Origin: an uncultured virus (IMG/VR IMGVR_UViG_3300027976_000013) | Lineage: Duplodnaviria > Heunggongvirae > Uroviricota > Caudoviricetes | Reading direction: 5' to 3' (one strand) | DNA length: 64,000 nucleotides | Virus record (IMG/VR): IMGVR_UViG_3300027976_000013 | In this document: positions 29,495 to 38,446 of the stretch, piece by piece | How the letters are laid out: every line of letters starts with the position of its first letter | Numbering within the stretch: the first letter of the stretch is position 1 | Made by a program: the position numbers and the translations under genes | The notes under the pieces: model-generated | Told to the model about the DNA's origin: nothing | The model's input: the letters and a program-made list of their open reading frames with translations, nothing else | Databases searched by the model: none

Positions 29495-29767
29495 ATGACC
29501 GACGAGATTATTTCCGCAGAGGAAGTATCCGTATCGCCCAGAGGACGCAAAGTAGAGATCAATCCTGATCTCGCTTCTACCCTCAAAAAGTTGAAAGCGG
29601 GGCAAGCGGCGAGGCTCACGGCCACGTTTGGCGAAGTGTCGAAGCCGCATCGAGCAACGGTGTCCTCGATCATCCGAAAGCACTGGCGACATGTTCGGGA
29701 CGACGACCTTCGAATCGATTACACGGCCGAAGGCGTACCGCAGGTCAGGGTACGGGATCGCATGTAG
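29495..29767 (+). CDS. 90-aa basic protein, copy 2
   Basis: AAGGGG RBS before ATG 29495; 80/90 residues identical to copy 1. Confidence 0.88.
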   Translation: MTDEIISAEEVSVSPRGRKVEINPDLASTLKKLKAGQAARLTATFGEVSKPHRATVSSIIRKHWRHVRDDDLRIDYTAEGVPQVRVRDRM

Positions 29768-29826
29768 CGAACGAAGGAGAGCCTCGCTCCAGCGGGGCTC
29801 TCCGTCCGTTTGTCTGCCCAAAAAAC

Positions 29827-29893
29827 TTATCCACAGGCCTGTGGATAACTTTAGCGTATTTTCTATTCTTGGTTATCCACAGGGTGTGGATAA
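29827..29893. promoter_or_regulatory. Two inverted DnaA-box pairs
   Basis: TTATCCACA-GGCC-TGTGGATAA (29827-29848) and TTATCCACA-GGG-TGTGGATAA (29873-29893). Confidence 0.8.
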
Positions 29894-29966
29894 GCTTTAG
29901 GGTAATGCATTATCATACATCGAAATGCATAGAAATACATGGCCTAGAACTGGCCTAGATTGCGCT

Positions 29967-30036
29967 CTAAGCGATCCGACCCCCATTAGTGCACTGCCAT
30001 CCGCCTACCCCTTGCCGGGGCATTAGGGGCGATCGG
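29967..30036. repeat. Conserved 70-nt element, copy C
   Basis: Same length as A/B, few substitutions. Confidence 0.9.
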
Positions 30037-30176
30037 ATAAAATAACCGAACACCCCAAAGAAATTTTTAGATTTCTTCCCGTTTTTGTCATTTTGACTTG
30101 ATCGGTAGGCCGACCTGTGCTACGATTTTTTTATCGGGAGGGGAGTCGCCCCACTCGATCCAAAAGGAGAAAAAAA

Positions 30177-30449
30177 ATGTCCGACGAAATCATTTCCGCC
30201 GAAGAGGTGTCAGTTTCACCTCGAGGACGCAAAGTAGAGATCAACTCAGAACTAGCGGCAATGCTAAAAAAACTGAAGGTTGGCCAAGCCGCTCGACTGA
30301 CCTCGACCTTCGGGCAGGTTCCCAAGAATCACCGGGCCACCGTCTCGTCAGTGATTCGCAAGCATTGGCGCCACGTGCGCGATGACGATCTCAGGATCGA
30401 TTACACGGCCGAAGGAGTTCCTCAGATCCGGGTTCGGGATCGCATGTAA
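30177..30449 (+). CDS. 90-aa basic protein, copy 3
   Basis: AAGGAG RBS before ATG 30177; 86/90 identical to copy 1. Confidence 0.88.
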   Translation: MSDEIISAEEVSVSPRGRKVEINSELAAMLKKLKVGQAARLTSTFGQVPKNHRATVSSVIRKHWRHVRDDDLRIDYTAEGVPQIRVRDRM

Positions 30450-31043
30450 AAAATCCAGTCCAGCAAAGATCGAAAGGCTCCCGGCTCCCCTCCGGGAGCC
30501 TTTCACGTTCTGGCGCTCGACCTCGACCTGCCCAGCCCCAAGTTGCCAGATAGATTGTCGTCGCTTTTTTCGGTAATAGGAATAGTCAAACGGTAAGGAG
30601 AGCCTCGCTCCGCGCTCTCCGTCCGTTTTCTAGAACGCCCACGATAATAGGTAGGCCTAGCGGCCAAATTGAGTGTCCGTATTGTAAGCCCGGGCGGGCG
30701 CTCCATAGGCCCTTTCTTTCGTGGAGCGCCCGGAAGCTGTGAATTTTTTTTATGGATAACATTTAGTACAAATTCTAAACTAGATGCCTACTGGCCTTTA
30801 TTTTCGAAGCCCGGATATCCAATTCTTATCATGATTCTTGTAGGAATATTTTACACCAACCGGTCCAACCTGCTACGCTTTCTTTATGACCACATCACGA
30901 AGTACCTCATCAGAAATAATAATCTTTTTTATTCTCACTACTGTTTGCGCTTTGTTGTTGTTGTTTGTTTTGTGGAGAGACAATACAGGTATGGATAATT
31001 ATTGTTCTAACAATCCGATCCAATGTGGAATTGAGGAGAAGTA

Positions 31044-31253
31044 ATGTTGTCTTTTGATGTTTGGATGAAAGAAGTAGATAAGTGTTTGGTGTCAAAGTTG
31101 GGGCTTAGTTCAGCAGATTTGGTTGATGCTCCTTGGATTGGCTATTTTGATGATGAAATAGATACAGAAGAGGCTTGCGCTTTGGCTTTGTTTGATCACA
31201 ATGACATTTCCTTAGAAGTTTTGGAAACTATTGGATTAGGAGAATACATATAA
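31044..31253 (+). CDS. Small acidic hypothetical protein
   Basis: GAGGAG RBS; F..WM..VD......G....DL.D..W...FD pattern. Confidence 0.65.
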   Translation: MLSFDVWMKEVDKCLVSKLGLSSADLVDAPWIGYFDDEIDTEEACALALFDHNDISLEVLETIGLGEYI

Positions 31254-31474
31254 TGTCTGGAAAAGGTTATTGCGCTAAGCATGCTTATTGTTCTTACCCT
31301 GAGAATACTCAGGCAGATCTAGATAGGAAGTTTCGTGATCTTATTGCGATTATTCCTGTTTGGCGACAAATGGAGTTATTGTCTATGGAGAAAGAAGCCC
31401 AAGAAATAGCTCTAAAAGTGAATACTAGTATTTCTAATAATCATTGGAACCTAAAAGGAGAAAATAATGCCTAA
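31253..31474 (+). CDS. Hypothetical protein
   Basis: AGGAG RBS, TAATG overlap. Confidence 0.6.
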   Translation: MSGKGYCAKHAYCSYPENTQADLDRKFRDLIAIIPVWRQMELLSMEKEAQEIALKVNTSISNNHWNLKGENNA

Positions 31475-32072
31475 TTGGTGTCATAACTTAGTGAAGATAG
31501 AGGGGCCAAGAGAAATTCTTAGCCTTTTCAGTACCGCATTAGATCATCAGTTAGCGGAAGATAAGCAAGTTTTCTTTTCGAATAATGTTTACAATTCGGA
31601 TAAGGGTACTTTCGAGCCTCACGCTAATTATTCCGAAACAGAGGAAAATTATTCTCCTCTTAGAACTTTCATCCCAATCCCCAGCTTTTTTCTTAGTGAT
31701 GAAGGTTTTGACAAGTTTGGCTATGACTGGTGTTGTAAGAAGTGGGGAACAAAATGGAAGGAAAAAGACATGTCAATGTCAATTGCTGAAAGTGAGATAG
31801 AGTTTTCTTTCAGTTCTCCGTGGGGACCTCCGCTTATTGGTTATCTTGCTATCTCTGAATTATTCCCAGAACTAATGTTTGTCCATTATTATGAGGATCA
31901 CACCGCAGATTACATCGGCATTTCTAAATTTAAGAATGGTGATGTTATTTATTCTGAGGAAATAGATGGCTCATCTTTTCAGATAGAAGATAATCCTGAA
32001 AGAACTTGTGATCTTATTACTGAAACTCGTGACAACATGGAAGCCAGGGCTTTTGTTGCGAATAAAGTTTGA
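31467..32072 (+). CDS. DUF1281/YubB-like ferredoxin-fold protein
   Basis: MPNWC.N ... YDW...KWGTKW ... F.SPW.PP ... FP.L.F...Y.D. Confidence 0.75.
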   Translation: MPNWCHNLVKIEGPREILSLFSTALDHQLAEDKQVFFSNNVYNSDKGTFEPHANYSETEENYSPLRTFIPIPSFFLSDEGFDKFGYDWCCKKWGTKWKEKDMSMSIAESEIEFSFSSPWGPPLIGYLAISELFPELMFVHYYEDHTADYIGISKFKNGDVIYSEEIDGSSFQIEDNPERTCDLITETRDNMEARAFVANKV

Positions 32073-32101
32073 GATTAGAAGTAAAACTTAGAAGTTGAGA
32101 C

Positions 32102-32129
32102 AAGGAGGCCGAAAGGCCTCCTTTCTTAT
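32102..32129 (+). terminator. Intrinsic terminator
   Basis: AAGGAGGCC-GAAA-GGCCTCCTT followed by T-rich tail. Confidence 0.8.
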
Positions 32130-32824
32130 TATTATTGATAATTATTTGCCGGAAGAGCTTTGCGGGCGCTCCTCGCAAGCTCGGAGAGACTAGCGCCCGC
32201 AATTTTTAGCTGATTTATGGCTGACTGTTTATTCCAATTTTTGTAACCAAGTTCTGAAAAGACCTCTACTCCAGTTTTTCTAATATACCCAGATGGCGGG
32301 CGCACTCCGCACGCTATTCGCGGAGTATAATGCCCGCATTTGTTTGAATAATTTTAGGAGTAATTGTTGCGAATAATTGTATCCCGAATTGATGTCTTTT
32401 ATATCATTACTATAAAGTATTTCATAACTTTCCCCCGCTGATATCATGGTTACATCTAATGTCCTCTTATTGCCCTCTATTTTGCCCTCTAACGTCCTGG
32501 ATGATGTCGGAGCATAAGTTATGCCACATCTCGAGATTTTTAGCTGTACAGATGATCTGAGGAGATATTGTGTCATAGAGTTTATTAGAAGATCTTGGCT
32601 CATTTCTCCCCCCAGTTTTGCCGGGAGTTGTGATCAGATATTCTTCTTCCAGAAATTCTCGAGTTTTTTGGTTTCATATCTTCCTCCCAGATCTCTTTCA
32701 AGATCTCGTCTTATGTTCTTCATCTAGATATCAATCAAAGATTTGTAGATAGAGGTAACTTAAAGTTTTGGAAAAGGCGCCTACTGGCATTTATTTCAAA
32801 AGCCCGGATTTGAGAAAAATGGAC

Positions 32825-32851
32825 AAAAAAAGGGAGGCCCGAAGGCCTCCC
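32825..32851 (-). terminator. Intrinsic terminator ending the 33-45 kb minus-strand block
   Basis: Minus strand GGGAGGCC-UUCG-GGCCUCCC-U7. Confidence 0.85.
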
Positions 32852-33034
32852 ATAAAAACAAACAATATTGAATTGTGTCAAAAAATACTACTCAGGCATA
32901 GAAAATATCCTATCGGGACCCTGACCTTTAGCCGAAAATCCCGGAGGAAGATAAGTTTTACTATGAACCTCTACTTCTTCACCAACAATGATATCATAAT
33001 CTGGAAGAACAATATCAACAACTCCTTCATTTCG

Positions 33035-33370
33035 TTAGAAAGGCATACTAGTAAAGCGAGTAATACCATTAGAATCTGAATGATAACCAGCGGGGTAAGT
33101 ACCATCATTAACACTAATATCCCATAGTTGATGACAACTGATAACATCTTTATCCGGCAAAGAAATCCAAGCATTTCCTGGCTCTTCTAACTCTAACCAC
33201 TGTCCGTTGATATGATAATAATCCAACCGGAAAGCATTACGCTCCATAAACCCATCCTCTTGAGAATACAAACAAATAGTAGGAGCAGATTTATCTTCTG
33301 TTTCACGTGAAACAATTAGTTCATCCCAAAAATCACCAAAACGGGTATTAACATAATAATGCTCTCTCAT
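33035..33370 (-). CDS. Hypothetical protein
   Basis: ATGA overlap; 111 aa. Confidence 0.6.
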   Translation of the reverse strand: MREHYYVNTRFGDFWDELIVSRETEDKSAPTICLYSQEDGFMERNAFRLDYYHINGQWLELEEPGNAWISLPDKDVISCHQLWDISVNDGTYPAGYHSDSNGITRFTSMPF

Positions 33371-33582
33371 AGGATCAAACCCTTTCGTTTAAGTAATTGC
33401 AACATATTCTTATGATTTCTATCTGAAGAAGGGGAAGAACTCAAAGTCACAAACCCATCATCAACATTTGGGGGGAAAAGTAGGATATGTTTATTAGAAT
33501 TCTTCTTAACCAACCACCCCTGCTTTTCTGCTTTCACAATAATCTTCCTAATCTCCTTATTAGACGTTAATTGTAAACTCAT
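33367..33582 (-). CDS. HicA-like dsRBD-fold protein
   Basis: AEKQGWLV....KH....P.....VT.SSSPS..R...N....LKRKG. Confidence 0.65.
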   Translation of the reverse strand: MSLQLTSNKEIRKIIVKAEKQGWLVKKNSNKHILLFPPNVDDGFVTLSSSPSSDRNHKNMLQLLKRKGLIL

Positions 33583-34031
33583 TCTTTCTCTCAATCTCTA
33601 AAGGGATGTAAACGTGCTTCTTATTATCCTTAGGTGAAACCTATATAAACCCGGTAAAACAAAGGAACTTTTAAAATGGTCAATGTTCTAAAACAGGGTC
33701 AAAAGGTGCCTAAAAGGCTATATTCACAAAAATGGGGGAGAAATGGTATCAGATTATCTCCTATTATCCTCTTATATCCCCTTATAGAAGAACATAAAAG
33801 AGGACAATGCACCTCTAACTTGGCATATATTTCAAGAATAAGATCATATATCAACAAAAACTCCCATATAAACAACAACAATTTGCCTAACAATGATGAC
33901 TTTGAAAGACGTATCTCTTTTTAACGCATATTTCTTATTTTCATCACTATTTCTTTATTATTAGTTATATGATTATTTAAGGGTTTAAGAGTATTTCATC
34001 TCTTCCCCCAACTTTTTTGTCTAGTAGTTTC

Positions 34032-34250
34032 TCATCCTCGCCTCTCAAATCTAAGAAAACTTTTATCATGAAATTCGATCATAATGCTGTTCAGAGAAAG
34101 GATATCTTCGGGTGAACACAACATCTTCATGCGATCCAAAAGGCTTTCTTCATCTAATAGCATTGCTCCATCTTCTATATCCTGAGAATACATTATCCAA
34201 CTCATTACACCTCCCGTTTTTTTTGTTATGTGAAACTTTATATTATCCAC
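34032..34250 (-). CDS. Hypothetical protein
   Basis: ORF in the co-oriented small-gene block; start uncertain. Confidence 0.45.
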   Translation of the reverse strand: MDNIKFHITKKTGGVMSWIMYSQDIEDGAMLLDEESLLDRMKMLCSPEDILSLNSIMIEFHDKSFLRFERRG

Positions 34251-34281
34251 AAGTGAGATAATTAAGCCTTAACCGTGATAA

Positions 34282-34482
34282 TTAAATCTTACAAAGAGTA
34301 AGGCCTTCACGCTCGAGATTTTCCTTAAAGATGAACTTCATAGTCTTCTTTTCGCTCCACTTATAATCATAAAAGCTCATGTGATAATAGAACTTATTAC
34401 CATCAGAACCCTTAACAAGAGCAGTAGCAACATAATGACCACTATGCCGGACACGTTCCCAACTAATATTCTTAGACATCAA
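34282..34482 (-). CDS. Hypothetical protein
   Basis: GAGGAG RBS. Confidence 0.6.
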   Translation of the reverse strand: MMSKNISWERVRHSGHYVATALVKGSDGNKFYYHMSFYDYKWSEKKTMKFIFKENLEREGLTLCKI

Positions 34483-34546
34483 ATCTCCTCAAGTTTCCAT
34501 ACGATTAGGTTATTACTAGAAAAACGATAATCCTCAACCATGTAAC

Positions 34547-34930
34547 TCATTCTCCCCACTTTACTTGATACATACCCGTAGAAGAACGCTGGAGAATAGT
34601 CTCAGTAATAACTGAATGATTATTCTCCCCGAAATCATCACAAAGGTCTTGGTGCTCGGAAGGTGAAACATTAAATTTCTTTATAGCTTTACGCTCATCG
34701 ACGCTTAACTCTCCATAAGACTCATCATACACTAAACCCACAACATCACGGCCTCTCATTATTAGTGACCTCTCCGAACGGAGAAGATTGTAAATATCAT
34801 CAACTTCTTCAGAAATACTCTGGTTGACAGGGCTATCCCAATCGGCAACCATATTCCACTCCTCAATAATGTAAATAAGGATATCTATATCCTTAGCGCT
34901 AAGCTTTACTGAACTACCAAAATCACTCAT
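34547..34930 (-). CDS. Acidic hypothetical protein
   Basis: GGAGG RBS before ATG 34930. Confidence 0.6.
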   Translation of the reverse strand: MSDFGSSVKLSAKDIDILIYIIEEWNMVADWDSPVNQSISEEVDDIYNLLRSERSLIMRGRDVVGLVYDESYGELSVDERKAIKKFNVSPSEHQDLCDDFGENNHSVITETILQRSSTGMYQVKWGE

Positions 34931-35366
34931 TATCTTCCTCCGTAAGTTTGCTTCCACCTTCAGCCCTGAATGAATTGGGATATTCTGACAATACTCTGTC
35001 AAGTTCACCTGTTTCTTCTAAACTATGAACTTCATTAAAGGCAACTTCCCAAGCGCATCCATTACCATCAGAAGTTTCCTGATCAGCAAACAATTGCAAC
35101 TTAGCGAGAATAACAACAGCTTTAGGATCAAATTCCCATCCAACTCCATATTGAGAACAAAGCAATTGCCGGACAGACAAACCATTCACATCCTCATTGA
35201 CATTAGGCAAAGGGAAACCTAAATTATTAAGAATCTCCCCAGCAATACAATGATCACCGTCATGATCGACATACACGCATTTATCTTTATCCATTGCGTT
35301 ACATCTATCTAAATGAAGAGAGTTCAACTCAAACCATATGTCTCTAGCAGAGATAACATTATTCAC
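34923..35366 (-). CDS. Hypothetical protein, paralogue of 35756-36175
   Basis: Shared CVY...GD.CI.G.IL..LGF.LP.V motif. Confidence 0.7.
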   Translation of the reverse strand: MNNVISARDIWFELNSLHLDRCNAMDKDKCVYVDHDGDHCIAGEILNNLGFPLPNVNEDVNGLSVRQLLCSQYGVGWEFDPKAVVILAKLQLFADQETSDGNGCAWEVAFNEVHSLEETGELDRVLSEYPNSFRAEGGSKLTEEDNE

Positions 35367-35530
35367 TATGACTCTCCTTGTATATTTACAATTCCCGAAG
35401 TTTCACTAACAACTTCATAATCTAAATCAAAATCTCCATCTTCCATAATGTCGGCAAGGACATCGTAAGATTCAGCCTCGATGTCAATATAAGATTCTAG
35501 AATCTTCGTATAGACCACAGTGAAAATCAT
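35366..35530 (-). CDS. 54-aa acidic protein (not in ORF track)
   Basis: MIFTVVYTKILESYIDIEAESY...; ATGA overlap with upstream gene. Confidence 0.55.
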   Translation of the reverse strand: MIFTVVYTKILESYIDIEAESYDVLADIMEDGDFDLDYEVVSETSGIVNIQGES

Positions 35531-35763
35531 CTTATCATCTCTCCATTTTTGTTAAACCAAATCATATGCCTGTAATAAGGAATATCCTTATCCTCAAGCT
35601 CAGAAAAGAAAGCAGCACTGTCATGTCCTGTAGAATCAAACTGAAAATCAGGGACTAGATAATAAAACTTATCAGAAATAGATTTAGCCTCCCCCAAAGA
35701 TTCAGCCTCTACAACAATAGTAGCGATATCACTTCGGATAACATCAAAAATGTATTTAGGCAT
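35527..35763 (-). CDS. Small protein with V-EA-x-S-xx-EA motif
   Basis: MPKYIFDV...VVEAESLGEA; GGAG RBS. Confidence 0.6.
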   Translation of the reverse strand: MPKYIFDVIRSDIATIVVEAESLGEAKSISDKFYYLVPDFQFDSTGHDSAAFFSELEDKDIPYYRHMIWFNKNGEMIR

Positions 35764-36175
35764 TGGAGCTCTCCATATCTTTGTAGTGTCGGTTGTAACA
35801 ATCAATTGCCTCAATCTTAGTTTTACCCCAAGAGAAAGGATCATCAAGACTCTTATCAGCACAACTTTGCATCAGGCCAAGAATGATAACTGCCTCTTTC
35901 GTGAACTTATCACGATAACCCATATGTCCCATCATTTGGGAAACTTCAAGCCTATTAGCCGAAGAAACAACTGGAGGAAGATCAAATCCTAACTTAACTA
36001 GGATATATCCAGTGATACAAGTATCTCCATTTTCATTCTGATAAACACACTGAGGCGGTTCAGGAAATATCTCATTTTCATCATAAAAACAATCATTAGC
36101 AGTAGCATTGATCATCTCGTCAGGAATAGAATCAAACGTACTTACGATATTATCAATAGTAATTAGGCTCATCAC
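35756..36175 (-). CDS. Hypothetical protein, paralogue of 34923-35366
   Basis: Shared Cys motif; GGAGG RBS. Confidence 0.7.
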   Translation of the reverse strand: MMSLITIDNIVSTFDSIPDEMINATANDCFYDENEIFPEPPQCVYQNENGDTCITGYILVKLGFDLPPVVSSANRLEVSQMMGHMGYRDKFTKEAVIILGLMQSCADKSLDDPFSWGKTKIEAIDCYNRHYKDMESSNA

Positions 36176-36603
36176 TTTCCTCCCATTTTCTTCCAGAACT
36201 TCTTCTTACTCATATCAGCAACTTGGCTCTGAAGAATAATAATTTCAATTTTCTGCTCAGCAATACGTGCATTCAACTCGTCAACATTAAGCGTAGCTTT
36301 GACAGCATCAACGATCCTATCAAAACTAGAAATGTCATCAATAACCGTCTCGGCAAGAACTGAAATAAGGCTCTCTGCAACCTCATCCATGTGATTATCT
36401 CGAATCTTGTCCAAGAGGGTATCCGAAATATCATCGTAATCAATCTCCTTAGCAATTGCTCTACCAATTTGATTTATATTAAGTTGTTCAGCAATCCTCT
36501 CAACAATCTCACTATCATTATAAATAGCATTACTAAGCCATTTTTCGACAGCATCTTCAATGACTTCATAAGGCATAGTTGTCGTTATTTGAAAATCACT
36601 CAT
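36172..36603 (-). CDS. Acidic helical hypothetical protein
   Basis: 143-aa ORF. Confidence 0.6.
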   Translation of the reverse strand: MSDFQITTTMPYEVIEDAVEKWLSNAIYNDSEIVERIAEQLNINQIGRAIAKEIDYDDISDTLLDKIRDNHMDEVAESLISVLAETVIDDISSFDRIVDAVKATLNVDELNARIAEQKIEIIILQSQVADMSKKKFWKKMGGK

Positions 36604-36635
36604 TTTCTTTTTCCAATCAGTTTGAGGGTTATAAA

Positions 36636-36992
36636 TTAAGAACTAGCCAAACCACAGAAAAACCAACTACCATCATCTAATCTAAAAGCAACACACGGAC
36701 CCCACTTATCATTGTAAACGGAAGCCATAAGAATGGCATCAAGTTCTCCGACGAGTTCAACCAACTCATCAGTAATATCATTCCAACTCATAAGTAATGC
36801 CTCTTCAATGGTGAATGCTTTCTCCAAAGGAATCACCATATCTTTAAGATAGACAAGATAACTATCTTTTTCAGCGATAGTCCCGGAATAACCTTGATGA
36901 CCAACCCAATATAAAACACCCTCTCGGGCCGAATTGAAAGCAACATCAATATCTTTTTCTATGCTTACTTCATAAAAATTTTCTGCACCCAT
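36636..36992 (-). CDS. Phage hypothetical protein
   Basis: MGA..F ... GH.GYSGTIAEK ... DKWGP ... W.F.G.ASS recurrent phage pattern. Confidence 0.7.
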   Translation of the reverse strand: MGAENFYEVSIEKDIDVAFNSAREGVLYWVGHQGYSGTIAEKDSYLVYLKDMVIPLEKAFTIEEALLMSWNDITDELVELVGELDAILMASVYNDKWGPCVAFRLDDGSWFFCGLASS

Positions 36993-37222
36993 TAGAAAAT
37001 CTCCTCATAGTAAGTAAAACAAACGGCACAAACCTTACTGTTATCACTATTCCAAACAGGAGTCTCAATATTGCAAGGCTCACAGTAACTCCAATCCCAA
37101 AGTGGACGAAATTCCTTAACATAAGCAAAAACGCCATCTGAACCAAACTCATCATACAAAGTAGTCAAAGCTTTGGCCATATCATTATTCCAAGCGGGGA
37201 TAAGAACATTTACTTCAGACAT
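36992..37222 (-). CDS. Small zinc-ribbon protein
   Basis: CEPC ... CAVC. Confidence 0.55.
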   Translation of the reverse strand: MSEVNVLIPAWNNDMAKALTTLYDEFGSDGVFAYVKEFRPLWDWSYCEPCNIETPVWNSDNSKVCAVCFTYYEEIF

Positions 37223-37223
37223 A

Positions 37224-37691
37224 TTATCTAACCTGGACTTTCTCTGTTTGACGATAAGGTCTAACCTTACCGTTCTTGTCAACAACTGAAACTACAGGGC
37301 GACCCCAGCATTCAGACAAATTACGATTGATATTGTTATGATTGACATCAAAACAGGCAACAGCACTAGTCGAAAGGTCAACTCCATCCATCAACCAAGA
37401 ATTGTGACGTTGAAGAATACAATGAGCACCACGTCCACTTTGACGCAAAGCTTCATTAATACGCTTCAAGGTTGTCTTGGTAAAATAACCTCCATTGTTA
37501 ATGAAATACCCTCCATTTTCTCGGATAGCAAAGATAACAGTATTATGATACTGAATACCATAAACGATGTCACCAAACATATCTACAGTTTTAACTGCAT
37601 AGGTAGCGTGAGCAATTTTTCGATGATCAACATTATTCCCATCCTCGATGGAGAACTTTAACTCTTCAAAATAATCTTTAGGATTACTCAT
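37224..37691 (-). CDS. Phage hypothetical protein
   Basis: YH.T.I ... N.GGY.T.TT..RIN pattern. Confidence 0.65.
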   Translation of the reverse strand: MSNPKDYFEELKFSIEDGNNVDHRKIAHATYAVKTVDMFGDIVYGIQYHNTVIFAIRENGGYFINNGGYFTKTTLKRINEALRQSGRGAHCILQRHNSWLMDGVDLSTSAVACFDVNHNNINRNLSECWGRPVVSVVDKNGKVRPYRQTEKVQVR

Positions 37692-38431
37692 GACGTAAAC
37701 TCCATTTTCATTTGTCCGGCTTCTTCAAGCCTACGATTATATCTAACAGCAACAGCAGTAAGATTAACGGCACACCAAGTGTCCCAGAAATCATTCTGCC
37801 TACTATCTTCTCGTAACTCAAAACCCAAATCATAAATCGCAGTAAGCATATCTACTTCATCGTAAATATACGTACCGTTATTGGTATCCTCTACATATTC
37901 ACAAAAGTTATCACAAAGCCATACCTGAACTTCATCTCCAAACCCTTCAACAACTCTTGAAACATTACGCCAACTAGTATTCCAAAAGGCAGTAGCGAAT
38001 TCTTCGATCAATGAAGAAGAAGAATCCCATTGACAGTCTGAGTAGTCAGATTCGTCAAAAATACTACACTCCTCATTGATATATAAGGCACTATGGCAAA
38101 CATACCTAAAGTACGAAGTAATATCTTCGAGGACAATATCATCATGATTCTTTGGTTCATTAAGAATCTTAACAGTAAGTTGATCAACATAGCCACAAGC
38201 CCAATGCTTCAGATTGACCTCAAGGAAATTGTCAGCATAGACCTCGTCATTAAACTCACGCTTAAGGTCTGCAATTACTGAACGCCAATTAGATATATCA
38301 ATAAGGTTTGCTGTACCATTTTTACTAATCCCAGCAAAACCCCAAGTATCAAACATGTCTTTAGAACCAAACCAACCAAGATCACTTGGACGAGTAAGGG
38401 CTTGCTTAGCATATTTAACATAATCAGGCAT
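37688..38431 (-). CDS. Hypothetical protein (247 aa)
   Basis: SNW ... HWACG.VD ... DE.DYS pattern. Confidence 0.65.
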   Translation of the reverse strand: MPDYVKYAKQALTRPSDLGWFGSKDMFDTWGFAGISKNGTANLIDISNWRSVIADLKREFNDEVYADNFLEVNLKHWACGYVDQLTVKILNEPKNHDDIVLEDITSYFRYVCHSALYINEECSIFDESDYSDCQWDSSSSLIEEFATAFWNTSWRNVSRVVEGFGDEVQVWLCDNFCEYVEDTNNGTYIYDEVDMLTAIYDLGFELREDSRQNDFWDTWCAVNLTAVAVRYNRRLEEAGQMKMEFTS

Positions 38432-38446
38432 TATTTCAACTTTCTG

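Noticed and set aside
28327..30628. ~40-bp hairpin repeats as a CRISPR array
   Set aside because: Intervals are 300-800 bp, irregular and contain genes; there is no cas1/cas2
32280..33079. ORFs in the convergent 32.2-33.0 kb region
   Set aside because: No RBS, low-complexity translations, and overlap with terminators and repeat motifs
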